In this document: positions 63,700 to 64,000 of the stretch, piece after piece
Layout of the letters: every line of letters begins with the position of its first letter
Position numbering within the stretch: the stretch's first letter is position 1
NCBI GenBank assembly: GCA_965287045.1
Contig: OZ336885.1
Coordinates: 62,744,001-62,808,000, forward strand
DNA length: 64,000 nt
Source: Carcharhinus amblyrhynchos
Taxonomy: Eukaryota
Reading direction: 5' to 3'
Notes under the pieces: generated by a model
Told to the model about the DNA's origin: nothing
The model's database searches: none
What the model saw: the letters and a program-made list of their open reading frames with translations, nothing else
Made by a program: the position numbers and the translations under genes

Positions 63700-64000
63700 G
63701 TCCGAAATACACAAAAACTATTGGTCTGACTCTGTTCCTCTCGCTCTATTTCTTCGTTATTCATAAACAATCCAGTTGCTTGTTGAATGTAGCCAACATG
63801 TCTGCTTCTACCATTTCCTCCTGCAGTGTGTCCCAGACAGCCACTACTTTCTGCGTGTAAAACATCCCCCAAAAATCTAATTTTACGTTTCCCCTTTCAT
63901 TTCTAATTTGCTCCCTTTGAAACTGACACCCCCGCCCCTGGAAAACGCTCCCGAATGTCCGCCCTATCAACGGTTCTCATAATAACGTTCCATCTGTCAG
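63700..64000 (-). mobile_element. CR1 3' fragment (runs off window)
   Basis: 'FYTQKVVAVWDTLQEEMVEADMLATFNKQLD'. Confidence 0.8.

Noticed and set aside
1-64000. V(D)J recombination signal sequences, CRISPR arrays, true tRNA/rRNA genes
   Set aside because: The CACAGTG heptamers I saw lack properly spaced nonamers; no repeat-spacer array; tRNA-like segments are SINE heads.

Overview
This is vertebrate, non-mammalian genomic DNA. The repeat content (HE1/V-SINE-like tRNA SINEs, CR1/HER1-like LINEs with (AGAACAT)n tails, RTE, many Harbinger relics) points to a cartilaginous fish; that assignment is inference. Most of the window is decayed transposons and microsatellites, and almost every ORF in the supplied track is TE-derived or spurious. 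The main hidden signal is a + strand protein-coding gene that the ORF track cannot see. It has nine symmetric phase-1 micro-exons (27 or 36 nt) between 15.8 and 53.6 kb. Eight of them form two copies of a 36+27+27+27-nt module encoding a 39-aa, Cys-containing coiled-coil repeat. A candidate 371-nt terminal exon (61799-62169) follows, with a Cys-rich C-terminus and a downstream AATAAA. I do not recognise the gene family, and its 5' exons were not found in the window. Also present: two solo LTRs, two convergent Tnp+Myb Harbinger relics, a ~770-bp duplicated segment inserted into an old CR1 with a 10-bp direct repeat, a mosaic local duplication and a degenerate 118-bp tandem repeat.
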